Shown one piece after another: positions 37,439 to 47,529 of a stretch of DNA of 59,397 nucleotides. Each line of letters begins with the position of its first letter. The stretch's first letter is position 1. The notes under the pieces are model-generated. The model saw nothing but the letters and a program-made list of their open reading frames with translations. It searched no databases and had not been told where the DNA came from. This DNA is from Chitinophagaceae bacterium. GTDB taxonomy: Bacteria; Bacteroidota; Bacteroidia; Chitinophagales; Chitinophagaceae. The stretch covers positions 26,457 to 85,853 of the forward strand of contig JAGODE010000001.1 in NCBI GenBank assembly GCA_017998385.1, given 5' to 3'. The position numbers were made by a program, and so were the translations under genes.

Positions 37439-38929
37439 TTAAAGTCGTTTTGGGGCATCACCCGATATGGAAGGAAGCTGCTGCAGGGTCTGTCTCAGTT
37501 CATTTACCGTTTTATCAATCTCACTCCTCAAGCTGTCCATCTGCCGATCATAAGTATTTGAATTTTCTTCCAGTGCACGGATATAGAGCAACGTTTGTTG
37601 TACCCGCTGGCTCGCATATTGTTTCATTTGCGTGCGTGTATTAATCAGGTTTTCCGGAAGAGCCATATTTTCTGTTTCATCCATCAGGTTTACACAATCT
37701 GCCCAGTTAGTGAGTGCCGTTTTTCGCAACTCGTTCATAAACGTTTGCTGGCTTGCTGTATCTGATGGCTGCATCGCCTCCAGTGCCATAGATTCAAGAA
37801 TACTGAAGTGTTCCATTTTTTTGAAAAATGCTTCGCTGTCATCTCGCACGATTGCTCTTTTGTTAACATTGAGGTATGAAACGGTGGTAGCAATTGTTAC
37901 AATTGCAATAACCAGATCTGGAATAAGGTTTCGCGGTTTATCTTCTTTTTGCCGGCGAAGGCTGAAGTAATAACCGTAACCGATGAGCAGACCAGAAAGC
38001 AGGCCTCCGATATGGGCTGCGTTGTCAACACCTGCTTTTAATCCATTTGCAAGATTATATATTACCATTATTGCCACTGATCCGAGAAGCTGTTTGCGAA
38101 TGAGGTCTGGTAATAGTTTGGTAGTAAGTAATGCCAGCAATACACCCAGTACGCCAAACACTGCTCCGGAAGCACCCGCTGAAACAATTGGCGGATCATG
38201 CCACCAGATACTTGTCAGTGACGCAAATAATCCCGTACTCAGATAAGCCAGCAAAAAGCGCCAGCTGCCCAGCAGCACTTCCAAATAAATACCGGTCATA
38301 AGTAATACAAGCATATTTACAACAAGATGAACGATACCGATATGCACAAACATGGAAGTGAAAAGCCTCCACCATTCACCACTAAGAGTACGCGAACTTA
38401 TATTGCCTCCCCAGTTGAGTATATCTATGGCAGCTGGCTTAAACGGATGGAGGCCTTTGATTGTCATAACAATAAAAACCAGCACATTTAGTCCCACAAT
38501 TGTATAAGTAACGATTGGTTGTGGTGAACGATGCTCCATTAGTTGTACCACCTGTTCCTTTGCCTGTACCAGTTCCTCTTCGCTTTGGTGCAGTTGCTTC
38601 TGCCATCTGTCTATGTCTTCCGTTGTATACGTTTTTTGAAGCTGTTGAAAAGCCTGCAGAAAGGTTTCGATATTCTTGTGATTGCGTTTTTTAATATCCA
38701 TCACTTCGCCGTGAATGGTAGCACTTGTTATTCGCATTGTTTCTTCTTCTATAACAAGGGTAACCTCCTGTTCCCATTTCCAGGCCGTGCGTATAGTGTT
38801 TGCAACAATGGTATTCTCCGTAGAATATTGAAAAGACCATTTCAGCAGCCGAATGGTTCCCAGTAACAATGCCTGGCGATGATTGGCGTTGACGGCTGAT
38901 ATATCCAGTATGGCGGATTGGTGTGGCAT
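37439..38929 (-). CDS. Rhomboid family intramembrane serine protease with long N- and C-terminal extensions
   Basis: The core has GASGAVFGVLG (catalytic Ser) and AHIGGLLSG (catalytic His). It is flanked by ~140-aa and ~150-aa non-membrane regions. Confidence 0.85.
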   Translation of the reverse strand: MPHQSAILDISAVNANHRQALLLGTIRLLKWSFQYSTENTIVANTIRTAWKWEQEVTLVIEEETMRITSATIHGEVMDIKKRNHKNIETFLQAFQQLQKTYTTEDIDRWQKQLHQSEEELVQAKEQVVQLMEHRSPQPIVTYTIVGLNVLVFIVMTIKGLHPFKPAAIDILNWGGNISSRTLSGEWWRLFTSMFVHIGIVHLVVNMLVLLMTGIYLEVLLGSWRFLLAYLSTGLFASLTSIWWHDPPIVSAGASGAVFGVLGVLLALLTTKLLPDLIRKQLLGSVAIMVIYNLANGLKAGVDNAAHIGGLLSGLLIGYGYYFSLRRQKEDKPRNLIPDLVIAIVTIATTVSYLNVNKRAIVRDDSEAFFKKMEHFSILESMALEAMQPSDTASQQTFMNELRKTALTNWADCVNLMDETENMALPENLINTRTQMKQYASQRVQQTLLYIRALEENSNTYDRQMDSLRSEIDKTVNELRQTLQQLPSISGDAPKRL

Positions 38930-39023
38930 ATGTGATAATTGCTAATCCGGTATTTTTAAATATAATAAACATTCATCATTATACTTTCTTCTGTTATAAA
39001 ACGCCATAACCCCTCTCGTTTAC

Positions 39024-39031
39024 TATCTTTG
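39024..39031 (+). promoter_or_regulatory. -7 promoter box TATCTTTG
   Basis: Exact TAnnTTTG, 27 nt upstream of the ATG at 39058. Confidence 0.45.
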
Positions 39032-39057
39032 CCCGGCTCACCAAAGGATTAGTCTGC

Positions 39058-40845
39058 ATGAGGCCTTTAAAGAGTATTTATCAGCATATCGTTCTTTATC
39101 TCCGCACCAAGCTCACGCGTGTGCAATACATTATGCTGATAGCCACCCTGGTAGGATTATTTTCAGGGCTCACGGCCGTTTTACTGAAAACACTGGTGCA
39201 TCATCTGCAGATCTGGATCAGTGGTATTCCTGTAAGTCGTTTTGCTTACCTGCTTTTTCCATTGATCGGCCTTGTGCTCACCGTACTTGTGGTGCGACTC
39301 TTCTTTGGCGATTACCTGGAAAAAGGCATTGCGATGGTATTGAAAGCCATTGCACGTAAATCGTCTTTTATTCCCCTGCGCCATACTTATCAGCATGTGA
39401 TAACGAGTACGCTTACGGTGGGCCTGGGAGGCTCCGCTGGTCTGGAAGCTCCCATTGTGGCCACGGGCTCTGCCATTGGCAGCAATACCGCCCGGCTGAG
39501 TGATCTTAATTATCGTGAACGTACCTTGCTCATCGGCTGCGGTGCTGCAGCCGGTATTGCCGCTGTTTTCAACGCGCCCATCGCCGGTGTTATCTTTGCC
39601 ATTGAAGTGTTACTGACAGATGCTGTTGTTGTCAGTTATTTTATTCCGCTGATCATCTCTTCGGTAGTAGGCGCCCTTTGCTCAAAAATCATTCTCCGGG
39701 AATCTTCACTTTTCAATTTTGTGCTGAAGGAAAATTTCGATTATTACAATACACCTTTTTATATTCTGCTGGGTATTGGAGCTGGCTTCGTTTCGCTCTA
39801 TTATGCACGCGTTTTTAAAAATACCGAAGGACGCCTGCATCACTGGAGCGTTAACCCTTATCTGAAGGCCGTTGTGGGTGGTCTCCTGCTAATGACACTC
39901 TACTTCTTTTTCAGTCCATTGTTTGGTGAAGGCTATGACAGTGTAAAAACGGTGGCCAATGGCAGTGGCGATATTATGAATGATAAAAGCACCCTGTTTT
40001 CATTAATCGAAGAAAACTGGGCACTGGTTATTTTTGCCGGGCTTATTGTTCTCTTAAAACCGATTGCCGCTGCAATTACCATTGGCAGTGGCGGTAATGG
40101 GGGCAATTTTGCGCCTTCACTTTTCACAGGTGCATATCTCGGCTTCTTTTTCAGTAAACTAATGAACAATATTGGCTGGTTTCGCGTACCAGAGGGCAAT
40201 TTCAGCCTGGTGGGAATGGCCGGGGTATTGAGCGGTGTGATGTATTGTCCGCTGTCTGCCATCTTTCTTATTGCCGAAATCACGAACGGGTATGAGCTGT
40301 TCATTCCGCTGATGCTGGTTTCCTCCATTTCTTTTTTTATTGTAAAAAGCTATGAGCGTTACTCCATGGAGACAAAGAAACTGGCTATAGAAGGCGAGAT
40401 CTTTACTCATCAGAAAGAAAAAAATATTCTCACTGCCATCCGGCTCGAAGATATGCTGCAGGATAAATATGATACTATTTCGCTGGATAAGAAACTGCGC
40501 GACCTGGTAGAACTCATCAAGCGCAGTGAAAAAAATATTTTTGCCGTTACGGATACAAAGGGGCGATTTACCGGTATTATTGAGCTCAATGATATAAAAC
40601 AACTCTTGTTTGATCACAGCCGTTTTGATACGGTGCTGGTGCATTCGCTCATGAAAAAACCACCCGCTACTCTTTTTGCAGACCAGGATATGCACTCGGT
40701 AATGACTTCTTTTGATATCAGCCAAAGCTGGTATTTACCGGTTCTGGACCGGCAGCGTCATTTTATTGGTTTTTTAAGTAAAACAAAAGTATTTAATAAA
40801 TACCGCGAGATTCTTGCTTCGCAGGTTGATCTCTATGACGAATAA
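39058..40845 (+). CDS. ClC family chloride channel / H+-Cl- antiporter with a C-terminal CBS pair
   Basis: Selectivity motifs GGSAGLEAP and GSGGNGGNFAPS, then two CBS-like repeats. Confidence 0.9.
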   Translation: MRPLKSIYQHIVLYLRTKLTRVQYIMLIATLVGLFSGLTAVLLKTLVHHLQIWISGIPVSRFAYLLFPLIGLVLTVLVVRLFFGDYLEKGIAMVLKAIARKSSFIPLRHTYQHVITSTLTVGLGGSAGLEAPIVATGSAIGSNTARLSDLNYRERTLLIGCGAAAGIAAVFNAPIAGVIFAIEVLLTDAVVVSYFIPLIISSVVGALCSKIILRESSLFNFVLKENFDYYNTPFYILLGIGAGFVSLYYARVFKNTEGRLHHWSVNPYLKAVVGGLLLMTLYFFFSPLFGEGYDSVKTVANGSGDIMNDKSTLFSLIEENWALVIFAGLIVLLKPIAAAITIGSGGNGGNFAPSLFTGAYLGFFFSKLMNNIGWFRVPEGNFSLVGMAGVLSGVMYCPLSAIFLIAEITNGYELFIPLMLVSSISFFIVKSYERYSMETKKLAIEGEIFTHQKEKNILTAIRLEDMLQDKYDTISLDKKLRDLVELIKRSEKNIFAVTDTKGRFTGIIELNDIKQLLFDHSRFDTVLVHSLMKKPPATLFADQDMHSVMTSFDISQSWYLPVLDRQRHFIGFLSKTKVFNKYREILASQVDLYDE

Positions 40846-40864
40846 TTTTCCGGTAAAAAAGCAA

Positions 40865-40895
40865 AAGGCCTCTTCAAATGAAGAGGCCTTTTTTT
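40865..40895. terminator. Bidirectional intrinsic terminator
   Basis: AAGGCCTCTTC-AAAT-GAAGAGGCCTT, a perfect 11-bp stem flanked by an A-run and a T-run, between convergent genes. Confidence 0.85.
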
Positions 40896-40922
40896 AACTA
40901 TAAAAATCACAACAAAATGTTT

Positions 40923-41213
40923 TTATCTGTGCCAGCGGCCCGGAACCCATACATAACCCCTGCGGGTATGTTTCCAGTAGCCTGGTGAGCGGTAGGCGTG
41001 CCGGCTGCGGGTCCAGTAACCTGGTGCAGCTACATAATGTCCGCGTTGCCAGCGCCATTCCGGGCCAACCCAGATGGCTCCGCGAAAAGGTGGCGGACCG
41101 GGTGCGCGTACAGCAATACCTACAGGAAAATCGAGTTGTACACGCACGCGTTGTGCCTGCAGAGACTGACTTATCATGATTGCAAGACCAAAAATCAGGA
41201 GTATTCGTTTCAT
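40923..41213 (-). CDS. Small secreted protein with YxWxxGxW-type repeats
   Basis: Signal peptide ending LQAQ. Repeated GxW/GYW segments (WVGPEWRW, PGYWTR, PGYWKH, WVPGRW). Confidence 0.55.
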   Translation of the reverse strand: MKRILLIFGLAIMISQSLQAQRVRVQLDFPVGIAVRAPGPPPFRGAIWVGPEWRWQRGHYVAAPGYWTRSRHAYRSPGYWKHTRRGYVWVPGRWHR

Positions 41214-41287
41214 AACTACGCGATTTTATGCCTTTTTTGACCCCCGGTATTTAGCTGGGTTTAATCGATCTTTGTTAACTTTCTTGT

Positions 41288-42397
41288 ATGAATGTGCGCC
41301 TGAAACCAGAAAAATACCTGCGGTATCTCAACCTGCCCAAACTCTTTGGTACACAACGAACGAAGGAGATTCTTTCGGTAAACCCAACGATCATTCCCAC
41401 CCGCGAAGAAGCCCGCGATGTGGTGGTTTTTGCTTTCGATTACGATGGCCAAAGTATGGAGGAAAAAAAGCTGACCTGTGTAGAAGATGCTTTTGGATAT
41501 AAAGACAGTCCCCGCATTTCCTGGATCAATATAGACGGGCTCCGAAAAACGGAAGTAGATAAAGTGTCGGCCCATTTTGGCATTCACCCACTGCTGATAG
41601 AAGATATCCTGAGCATCAATCAGCGGCCTAAAATGGATGAGGTGGAGGGGGTATTGTTTTGCCTGCTCAACATGCTTTATTATAATGAAGTAAAACAAAC
41701 CGTAGAGCAGGAGCAGATCAGCATTGTGCTGGGAGCAAACTTTGTAATCAGCTTCCAGGAAGATGCCAGTCGTGACGTATTTAATCCGTTAAGAGAGCGG
41801 TTAAAAATGCCCAGCAGCAAAGCGCGGCAGCGTGGTGCAGATTATCTCTGTTATACCATGCTTGACCTGATTGTCGATAATTATTTTCTGGTCATGGAAA
41901 AGGTCGGCGATCGTATTGAACAACTGGAAGAAGAAGTAATCCGCAACAGCAATAAACGATCGCTGGCACGCATCAATCAGCTGCGCAAGGAGTTGATCGT
42001 ATTAAAACGCAATACGGTACCTGTACGCGATCTTATTGGCGGCATTTTGCGCAGCGAAAGCGATTTGCTCGATGACCGCAACTCCAAATATTTTAAAGAT
42101 ATCTATGATCATATTGTGCAGGCCATTGATCTGGCAGATAACTACCGCGATATTATGGTAAGTATGCAGGACCTGTATATCAATAACGTAAACCTGAAGA
42201 TGAATGAAGTGATGAAGGTGATGGCTATCGTGACCTGCCTGCTCGCGCCTGCCACCGTTGTAGGGGGTATTTTCGGGATGAACTTTGACACTATTCCCTA
42301 TCTCCACAATCAATATGGGTTCTGGGTGGCCGTTGCCATCATGCTGATCATACCGGTGTGGATGATCATGGTATTCAGAAAACGTGGCTGGTTTTAA
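41288..42397 (+). CDS. corA: Magnesium/cobalt transporter CorA
   Basis: The GMNF signature (GIFGMNFDTIPY) lies between two C-terminal TM helices. Length 369 aa. Confidence 0.9.
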   Translation: MNVRLKPEKYLRYLNLPKLFGTQRTKEILSVNPTIIPTREEARDVVVFAFDYDGQSMEEKKLTCVEDAFGYKDSPRISWINIDGLRKTEVDKVSAHFGIHPLLIEDILSINQRPKMDEVEGVLFCLLNMLYYNEVKQTVEQEQISIVLGANFVISFQEDASRDVFNPLRERLKMPSSKARQRGADYLCYTMLDLIVDNYFLVMEKVGDRIEQLEEEVIRNSNKRSLARINQLRKELIVLKRNTVPVRDLIGGILRSESDLLDDRNSKYFKDIYDHIVQAIDLADNYRDIMVSMQDLYINNVNLKMNEVMKVMAIVTCLLAPATVVGGIFGMNFDTIPYLHNQYGFWVAVAIMLIIPVWMIMVFRKRGWF

Positions 42398-42900
42398 CGC
42401 TTTTTATAGACCGGCACCGTGCTGCAGGGCTCGCCAAACATGATGCTGCGGGCCACCGGCAAAAGTTTTTTGGTGAGTTCCATATAGGCAAAGTCTGCAA
42501 TGGGCGTATCGCCACAACCTTTGATTACAATACGCTTATCGGTATAGCCGCTTGTTTCCAGTTGTTGGATATTGCGGAGAAAAAGCTGGCGCCGGGCCTC
42601 TGTTTCATCGCCCATTACCACATCAGTAGCCACGGGTTGCAGGTATGTCATGATGAGCATCCAGGCCCAGGCCGGTATAATGGCATCGGCGGTGCAGGTG
42701 AGGGCTACCTGTTTTCCGGCATATTGCTGCCAGTCTGTATTCTTCAGTGCCTCCCTGAAATCTTTTTCTTTCAGAATAAGGCCCATAAAGAGGAAATCTT
42801 TTATATCAAAAGTGATTATTTCTGCGGAGGGCAGGAGGCTGGCCGGATCAATTGTCACTATCCCGCTTTCGGCTACCTTATTTACAATGATGTCTGACAT
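42394..42900 (-). CDS. DUF2480-like protein
   Basis: 168-aa ORF whose stop overlaps the corA stop by 4 nt. The family assignment is from memory of Bacteroidota DUF2480 N-termini and is weak. Confidence 0.55.
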   Translation of the reverse strand: MSDIIVNKVAESGIVTIDPASLLPSAEIITFDIKDFLFMGLILKEKDFREALKNTDWQQYAGKQVALTCTADAIIPAWAWMLIMTYLQPVATDVVMGDETEARRQLFLRNIQQLETSGYTDKRIVIKGCGDTPIADFAYMELTKKLLPVARSIMFGEPCSTVPVYKKR

Positions 42901-42959
42901 AGCTGCATTATCTGTTGCTAAGATAACATCTATCTGCCAGCAGATGTTGGCACTGGGTG

Positions 42960-42990
42960 CAAAAAGAAACCCCGGATATAATCCGGGGTT
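42960..42990 (-). terminator. Intrinsic terminator after the PpiD-like gene
   Basis: AACCCCGGA-TATAA-TCCGGGGTT, a 9-bp stem. On the minus strand it is followed by TCTTTTT. Confidence 0.7.
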
Positions 42991-43017
42991 CTGCAGTTAG
43001 TTTTGGTTGTCAGCAAA

Positions 43018-45171
43018 TTAATACATCTTAGACAAATTATTCTTGATAGTTGCTGCTTCGCGGAGGGCAAGTGGGGGATAAGAACCACGCATTTTGGCCT
43101 GCTGGTACTGTGCTTTGCGCTGTTCGGCCACATTGCTGTCTGTATTGGCTGTAGCAGAAATATCATCCACACGAAGTACATACACACCTTCTGCTCCTTC
43201 GAGCGCCTGGGGCACTACTTTTCCTTTATTCTGCATATTAAAGGCAGCTCCGATTACGCGGGTTTCGCTGCTCAGTGATGCGGGTCGTACGCCGGCAAAA
43301 CGCAGGCTGTCGGCTGTTTCAATATTACGGCCGCCCAAGGCTGCAGCTGCTGCCTCAAGCGTAGTGATAGTGCCGATTTTTTTGGCAATAAGTTCAGCTT
43401 TTTTATGTTTCAGCAGGAGGGGCTCTACCATGTAGCGGGCTTTAGCAGCCGGCATAGTGCCTTCTTTCTGTACATCTGTTACCATGGCTACAACCCAGTT
43501 GTCGCCCACACGCTCAGGAGCCAGCACATCTCCTTTATCGGCGGCATAAATTTCTTTTACAAAATTGCGTGATACGCCCAGACCTACGATTTGTGATCCG
43601 GTGGGAGGAATATCCGTAGCAATCAGTTTGTTGATACCCTGCGCTTTCAGTTTTTCTGCGCTGGCATCAAAAGATTTGGCATCGCGGCTGTCGGCAGCAA
43701 ATTTGTTGGCCAGGTTGTTGGCATTATTATCTGTTTCCTGGCTTGCTTCAATAGCACGGGCAAAATAAGCGATCTTATAATGCTGCTCGGGTTTGATGAA
43801 GCTCATGATATTGATGTAGTGATAACCAAAAGATGTTTTCACCACTTTGCTTTCGCCGGGTTTACCATCAAATAGAATGAACTGTCCAAACTCGGGGGCA
43901 AATCCTTCTGACTGGATTTGTGTAGAAGAGAACGTCATTTCACCAGCAGTAGTACGGGTACCATCGGGGTTATAGCTGGCTGCGAGTGTGGCCCAGCTGG
44001 CTCCGCCTTTAATAGCGGCTTCAATACTGTCAATCTTGCGTTTGGCAGTGCTGTCAGCAAAACCACCCTGCTGTTCGTTGGTGCTGATCAGAATGTGACG
44101 GCATTTTACTGAATCGGGCAGCACTTTGCTGTCGAGCATTTTGGCGAGTACATAACTATTACCATCGAGGTAAGGTCCGTATACTGCATTTTTAGCCAGA
44201 GACAGGATGGTGTCTTTAAAAGAAAGACCCATTTGCATATTGGCCATTGTAAGCTGCGATTTGGGGAAATAGCTGTCTGAGTATTCAAGTGAACTTCCAT
44301 TACGTAATACAAATGATCCGGCGTCAGCTGTTGTGTCAAACTCTGGTTTCAGATCTACAATCGACTTAAGAACTGCTGCACTGTCTTCGCCGGTGGGCAG
44401 CGCACTAAATGCTACATAAGCAATGCTACGGCTTTCTTCCTGTTTGAATTCGCTTTTATGTTTTGCAACATACTCTTCGATTTCCTTATCGGTTACTTTC
44501 ACCGCAGTATCAGCCACATTGGAGTAAAACTCTTTTACAAAAGAAACGCGGGCCATAAGGCTGTTGTCTTCATTTTGTTTTTCGATAAGCCAGCGGGGAA
44601 AGTTGATGCTATTATTAAGGAGTGAAGTATATTTTTCTTCGAGACGCATGTTCTCCAGGCTGTTCAGATACAGATTGAACTGTTCTTTTGATTTGGCATC
44701 TGCTGTTTTCAGCATATTGTCGATAGCCTGTTTGGCAGCCTGTGCATTATATACACCAGTTTCGGGATCAGAAAAACGCTGACGCAGGTCTGCAGGAGGA
44801 TTGGCGCCATAAAGGATATCGCCAAGTTCTTTCTTACCGATCTGCATGCCCAGTTTTTTCATTTCTGTTTCAAGCAGAATACGGTTTACTTCCATGTTCC
44901 AGGCATTGCTCACAGCTTGCTGAGTGAGTGCTTCGCTTTGGGGATAGCCCTGCTGGATCATGTAGTTTTTTTGTTGCTCTACCATGTTGGCAAACTCTGC
45001 CTGCTCAATCGATTTTCCATTTACTTTCCCTACAGATGTGCCGTTGCCACCACGAAAGAGGCTGCCGCCATTTTCGAAAGCAAGCATTACAACAAAAATG
45101 ATCAGGGCCAGGGCAATGATAATGGCCATAAGTTTTGCATACTTCTCCTGGATCTGCTGGATTACTGACAT
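43018..45171 (-). CDS. Periplasmic chaperone / peptidylprolyl isomerase, PpiD/SurA-like
   Basis: N-terminal membrane anchor LMAIIIALALIIFVVML, a long chaperone region, and a parvulin-like segment around VKCRHILIS. Confidence 0.75.
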   Translation of the reverse strand: MSVIQQIQEKYAKLMAIIIALALIIFVVMLAFENGGSLFRGGNGTSVGKVNGKSIEQAEFANMVEQQKNYMIQQGYPQSEALTQQAVSNAWNMEVNRILLETEMKKLGMQIGKKELGDILYGANPPADLRQRFSDPETGVYNAQAAKQAIDNMLKTADAKSKEQFNLYLNSLENMRLEEKYTSLLNNSINFPRWLIEKQNEDNSLMARVSFVKEFYSNVADTAVKVTDKEIEEYVAKHKSEFKQEESRSIAYVAFSALPTGEDSAAVLKSIVDLKPEFDTTADAGSFVLRNGSSLEYSDSYFPKSQLTMANMQMGLSFKDTILSLAKNAVYGPYLDGNSYVLAKMLDSKVLPDSVKCRHILISTNEQQGGFADSTAKRKIDSIEAAIKGGASWATLAASYNPDGTRTTAGEMTFSSTQIQSEGFAPEFGQFILFDGKPGESKVVKTSFGYHYINIMSFIKPEQHYKIAYFARAIEASQETDNNANNLANKFAADSRDAKSFDASAEKLKAQGINKLIATDIPPTGSQIVGLGVSRNFVKEIYAADKGDVLAPERVGDNWVVAMVTDVQKEGTMPAAKARYMVEPLLLKHKKAELIAKKIGTITTLEAAAAALGGRNIETADSLRFAGVRPASLSSETRVIGAAFNMQNKGKVVPQALEGAEGVYVLRVDDISATANTDSNVAEQRKAQYQQAKMRGSYPPLALREAATIKNNLSKMY

Positions 45172-45203
45172 ATTATATTATGTAGGGTTAAAAAAACGGA
45201 TGG

Positions 45204-45211
45204 CAAAAATA
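45204..45211 (-). promoter_or_regulatory. -7 promoter box (TATTTTTG on the minus strand)
   Basis: The plus strand reads CAAAAATA, 33 nt upstream of the 45171 start. Confidence 0.4.
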
Positions 45212-45291
45212 GGGGAATTATAGATATGAAAAAATTGTGGATAACTGCTGGAAAGCCTGTTTTTTCAGGGGTTTACGGGCTTCTGGCAGAA

Positions 45292-45317
45292 TAAAAAAGG
45301 GCTGTCGTAAACAGCCC
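45292..45317 (-). terminator. Intrinsic terminator after the S46 peptidase gene
   Basis: GGGCTGT-CGTAA-ACAGCCC. On the minus strand it is followed by TTTTTT. Confidence 0.75.
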
Positions 45318-45340
45318 TTGAATCTGCTTATCGCGTCAAA

Positions 45341-47482
45341 TCAGGGCCTTTTTTTCGGATTCACCAGTTTCATTTCCTTAACCAGGTGGCCGGCCCCTGC
45401 GTATTTATCTACAATAAATAATACATAGCGAATATCGACCATGATATTACGGCAAATGGAAGGGTCGTAGTTAATATCACTCATTGTTCCCTCCCATACC
45501 CGGTCAAAGTTGAGACCGATCAGGTTACCCCACGCATCAAGGGCAGGGCTGCCCGAGTTGCCGCCGGTGGTATGGTTGCTGGCAATAAAGCAAACCGGCA
45601 TTTTACCATTCGTACCATACGGACCATAATCTTTGGCTGCATATAGCTCGCGGAGGCGGGCAGGCACATCAAATTCATAATCGCCCGGCACATATTTCTG
45701 CATCACACCATCGAGATAGGTATAATAGTCATACTGTACGGCATCGCGGGCCTGGTATCCTTTTACATTGCCATAGGTCACCCGCAGGGTGCTATTGGCA
45801 TCGGGATAAAATTTCTTTTCCTTCATTACCTCCATCTGCGCCTGCATATAAGTGCGTTGCAGTTGATTAATACGATCCTGAATCTGGTTGAGTCGGGCTG
45901 CTACTTTTTCATTATACAGGTCGGCCATATCACTATATATCGCCACCAGTTTATCCTGCTGCAGGCGGCCAATTAAGGCATCCGGATTCTGCTCAAGGGC
46001 CGCCAGCGTGGCCTTGCCATCGGTCAGGCTGCTCTGGCTGTAGAGCTGCCGCGCCAGGGCAGTATAGTCTCCGGATTTGGCCGATGCGGCTACATAGGTT
46101 GCCGGCTGCCCGGCATACATTTCCATCAACCGGCCAAAAAGCTGCTCGTCTACTACAGGGCTGTATTCTTTGTACAGATCACCAAGCCGGTCTTTTACCC
46201 TGGCAAGCACTGTATTATAATTAGACTTTCCTTTAGCATTGCCAAGCGCCCAAAGCTGGTTGATGACGGTAAAAACCTCGATTTTGCTGGTAATTTCCAG
46301 GTAATAATCGCGGGCCAGGCCATAAGGTTTCAGTTCCTCATAAGCTGCTCCGAGGTCCTGCAGCAGCGATCCGTAAGCTGTTTTCCATTGTGCATTACCA
46401 TTTACTCTTTTCTGAAATTCGGCTTCGTAGGCCTTTTTCTTATCCACTGCACCGGTTCTTTTGAGACCCAGCACTTCCCCCTGCCATTTCTTCCAGGCAT
46501 TGCTGATACTGGCATATTTGGCGGCATACTGAATTTTGATACCTTCATCCTTACGCATAAATCCATCGATCACAGCCAGGGCTTTATCGCGGATGGCGAT
46601 TTTGGCCGGATCATTTACATCCATTGTTTGCTCCACCGCTGCAGAATGCAGATACTCCATGGTACGGCCGGGAAAGCCAAAAACCATGGTAAAATCATTT
46701 TGCTGAACGCCCGACATTGAGATAGAAAGTGCTTTTTTGGGTACATAGGGCACATTATCGGGCGAATAATCGGCCGGTTTATTGTCTTTACCGGCATAAA
46801 TGCGAAACATAGAGAAATCGCCTGTATGCCGTGGCCACATCCAGTTATCAGAGTCTTTTCCAAAATTGCCGATAGAAGAGGGGGGAGCGCCTACCAGGCG
46901 TATATCATTATAGGTTTCTGTTACAAAAAGAAAATACTGGTTTCCTTCAAAAAAGGCCCTCACAAATGACTTTTGCCAGGACTCCCTTTTTACCTGCTGA
47001 TTGACCTGACTGATATTTTTATCAATAACAGACTGGCGCTCATTTTCCGCCATTCCTGGCTTTACACCGGCCAGTACCTGGGCACTTACATCGTCAATAC
47101 GTACAATAAATGTTACAAAAAGACCGGGATTCCTCAGTTCCTGGCTCTTATCCATAGCCCAAAAACCATCTCTTATATAATTACGTTCAAGGCTGGAGTG
47201 GTTCTGAATGGCATCAAAACCACAGTGGTGATTGGTAAGTACCAGGCCTTGCGTAGAGATCACTTCACCGGTACAAAAACCACCAAAGCTTACAATTGCA
47301 TCTTTCAGACTGCCATTATTAATACTATATATATCCTTTGCGCTAATCTTCATACCCTTACTCTTCATATCCTTTTCATTCATCTTTTCCAGCAGAAAAG
47401 GAAGCCACATTCCTTCTTCGGCCCGTAAGCAGATTACAGGAAGCAGCAGGAGGCCCAGTAACATAGATTTCAGCTTATTCAT
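45341..47482 (-). CDS. S46 family dipeptidyl-peptidase (DPP7/DPP11-like)
   Basis: Signal peptide then EEGMWLP. Catalytic contexts TNHHCG and GGNSGSP. Length 713 aa. Confidence 0.9.
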   Translation of the reverse strand: MNKLKSMLLGLLLLPVICLRAEEGMWLPFLLEKMNEKDMKSKGMKISAKDIYSINNGSLKDAIVSFGGFCTGEVISTQGLVLTNHHCGFDAIQNHSSLERNYIRDGFWAMDKSQELRNPGLFVTFIVRIDDVSAQVLAGVKPGMAENERQSVIDKNISQVNQQVKRESWQKSFVRAFFEGNQYFLFVTETYNDIRLVGAPPSSIGNFGKDSDNWMWPRHTGDFSMFRIYAGKDNKPADYSPDNVPYVPKKALSISMSGVQQNDFTMVFGFPGRTMEYLHSAAVEQTMDVNDPAKIAIRDKALAVIDGFMRKDEGIKIQYAAKYASISNAWKKWQGEVLGLKRTGAVDKKKAYEAEFQKRVNGNAQWKTAYGSLLQDLGAAYEELKPYGLARDYYLEITSKIEVFTVINQLWALGNAKGKSNYNTVLARVKDRLGDLYKEYSPVVDEQLFGRLMEMYAGQPATYVAASAKSGDYTALARQLYSQSSLTDGKATLAALEQNPDALIGRLQQDKLVAIYSDMADLYNEKVAARLNQIQDRINQLQRTYMQAQMEVMKEKKFYPDANSTLRVTYGNVKGYQARDAVQYDYYTYLDGVMQKYVPGDYEFDVPARLRELYAAKDYGPYGTNGKMPVCFIASNHTTGGNSGSPALDAWGNLIGLNFDRVWEGTMSDINYDPSICRNIMVDIRYVLFIVDKYAGAGHLVKEMKLVNPKKRP

Positions 47483-47529
47483 ATAGTAAACACGTTTTAA
47501 GGCTTAAAAGTAGGCCATTTTATGGTTGA

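Noticed and set aside
38990-39057. Possible fluoride (crcB-motif) riboswitch upstream of the ClC gene, prompted by CGCCATAACCCCTC.
   Set aside because: The 5' half of the motif (GGCGATGG..TTC pairing partner) and the downstream CTGATGATGCC-type element are absent. The channel is a long CBS-containing ClC, not the short fluoride-specific type. The -7 box at 39024-39031 also lies downstream of the similarity.
45226-45294. 22-codon plus-strand ORF (MKKLWITAGKPVFSGVYGLLAE) between two minus-strand genes.
   Set aside because: It has no promoter box, lies between a minus-strand promoter and a minus-strand terminator, and overlaps the DnaA box. There is nothing to support translation.
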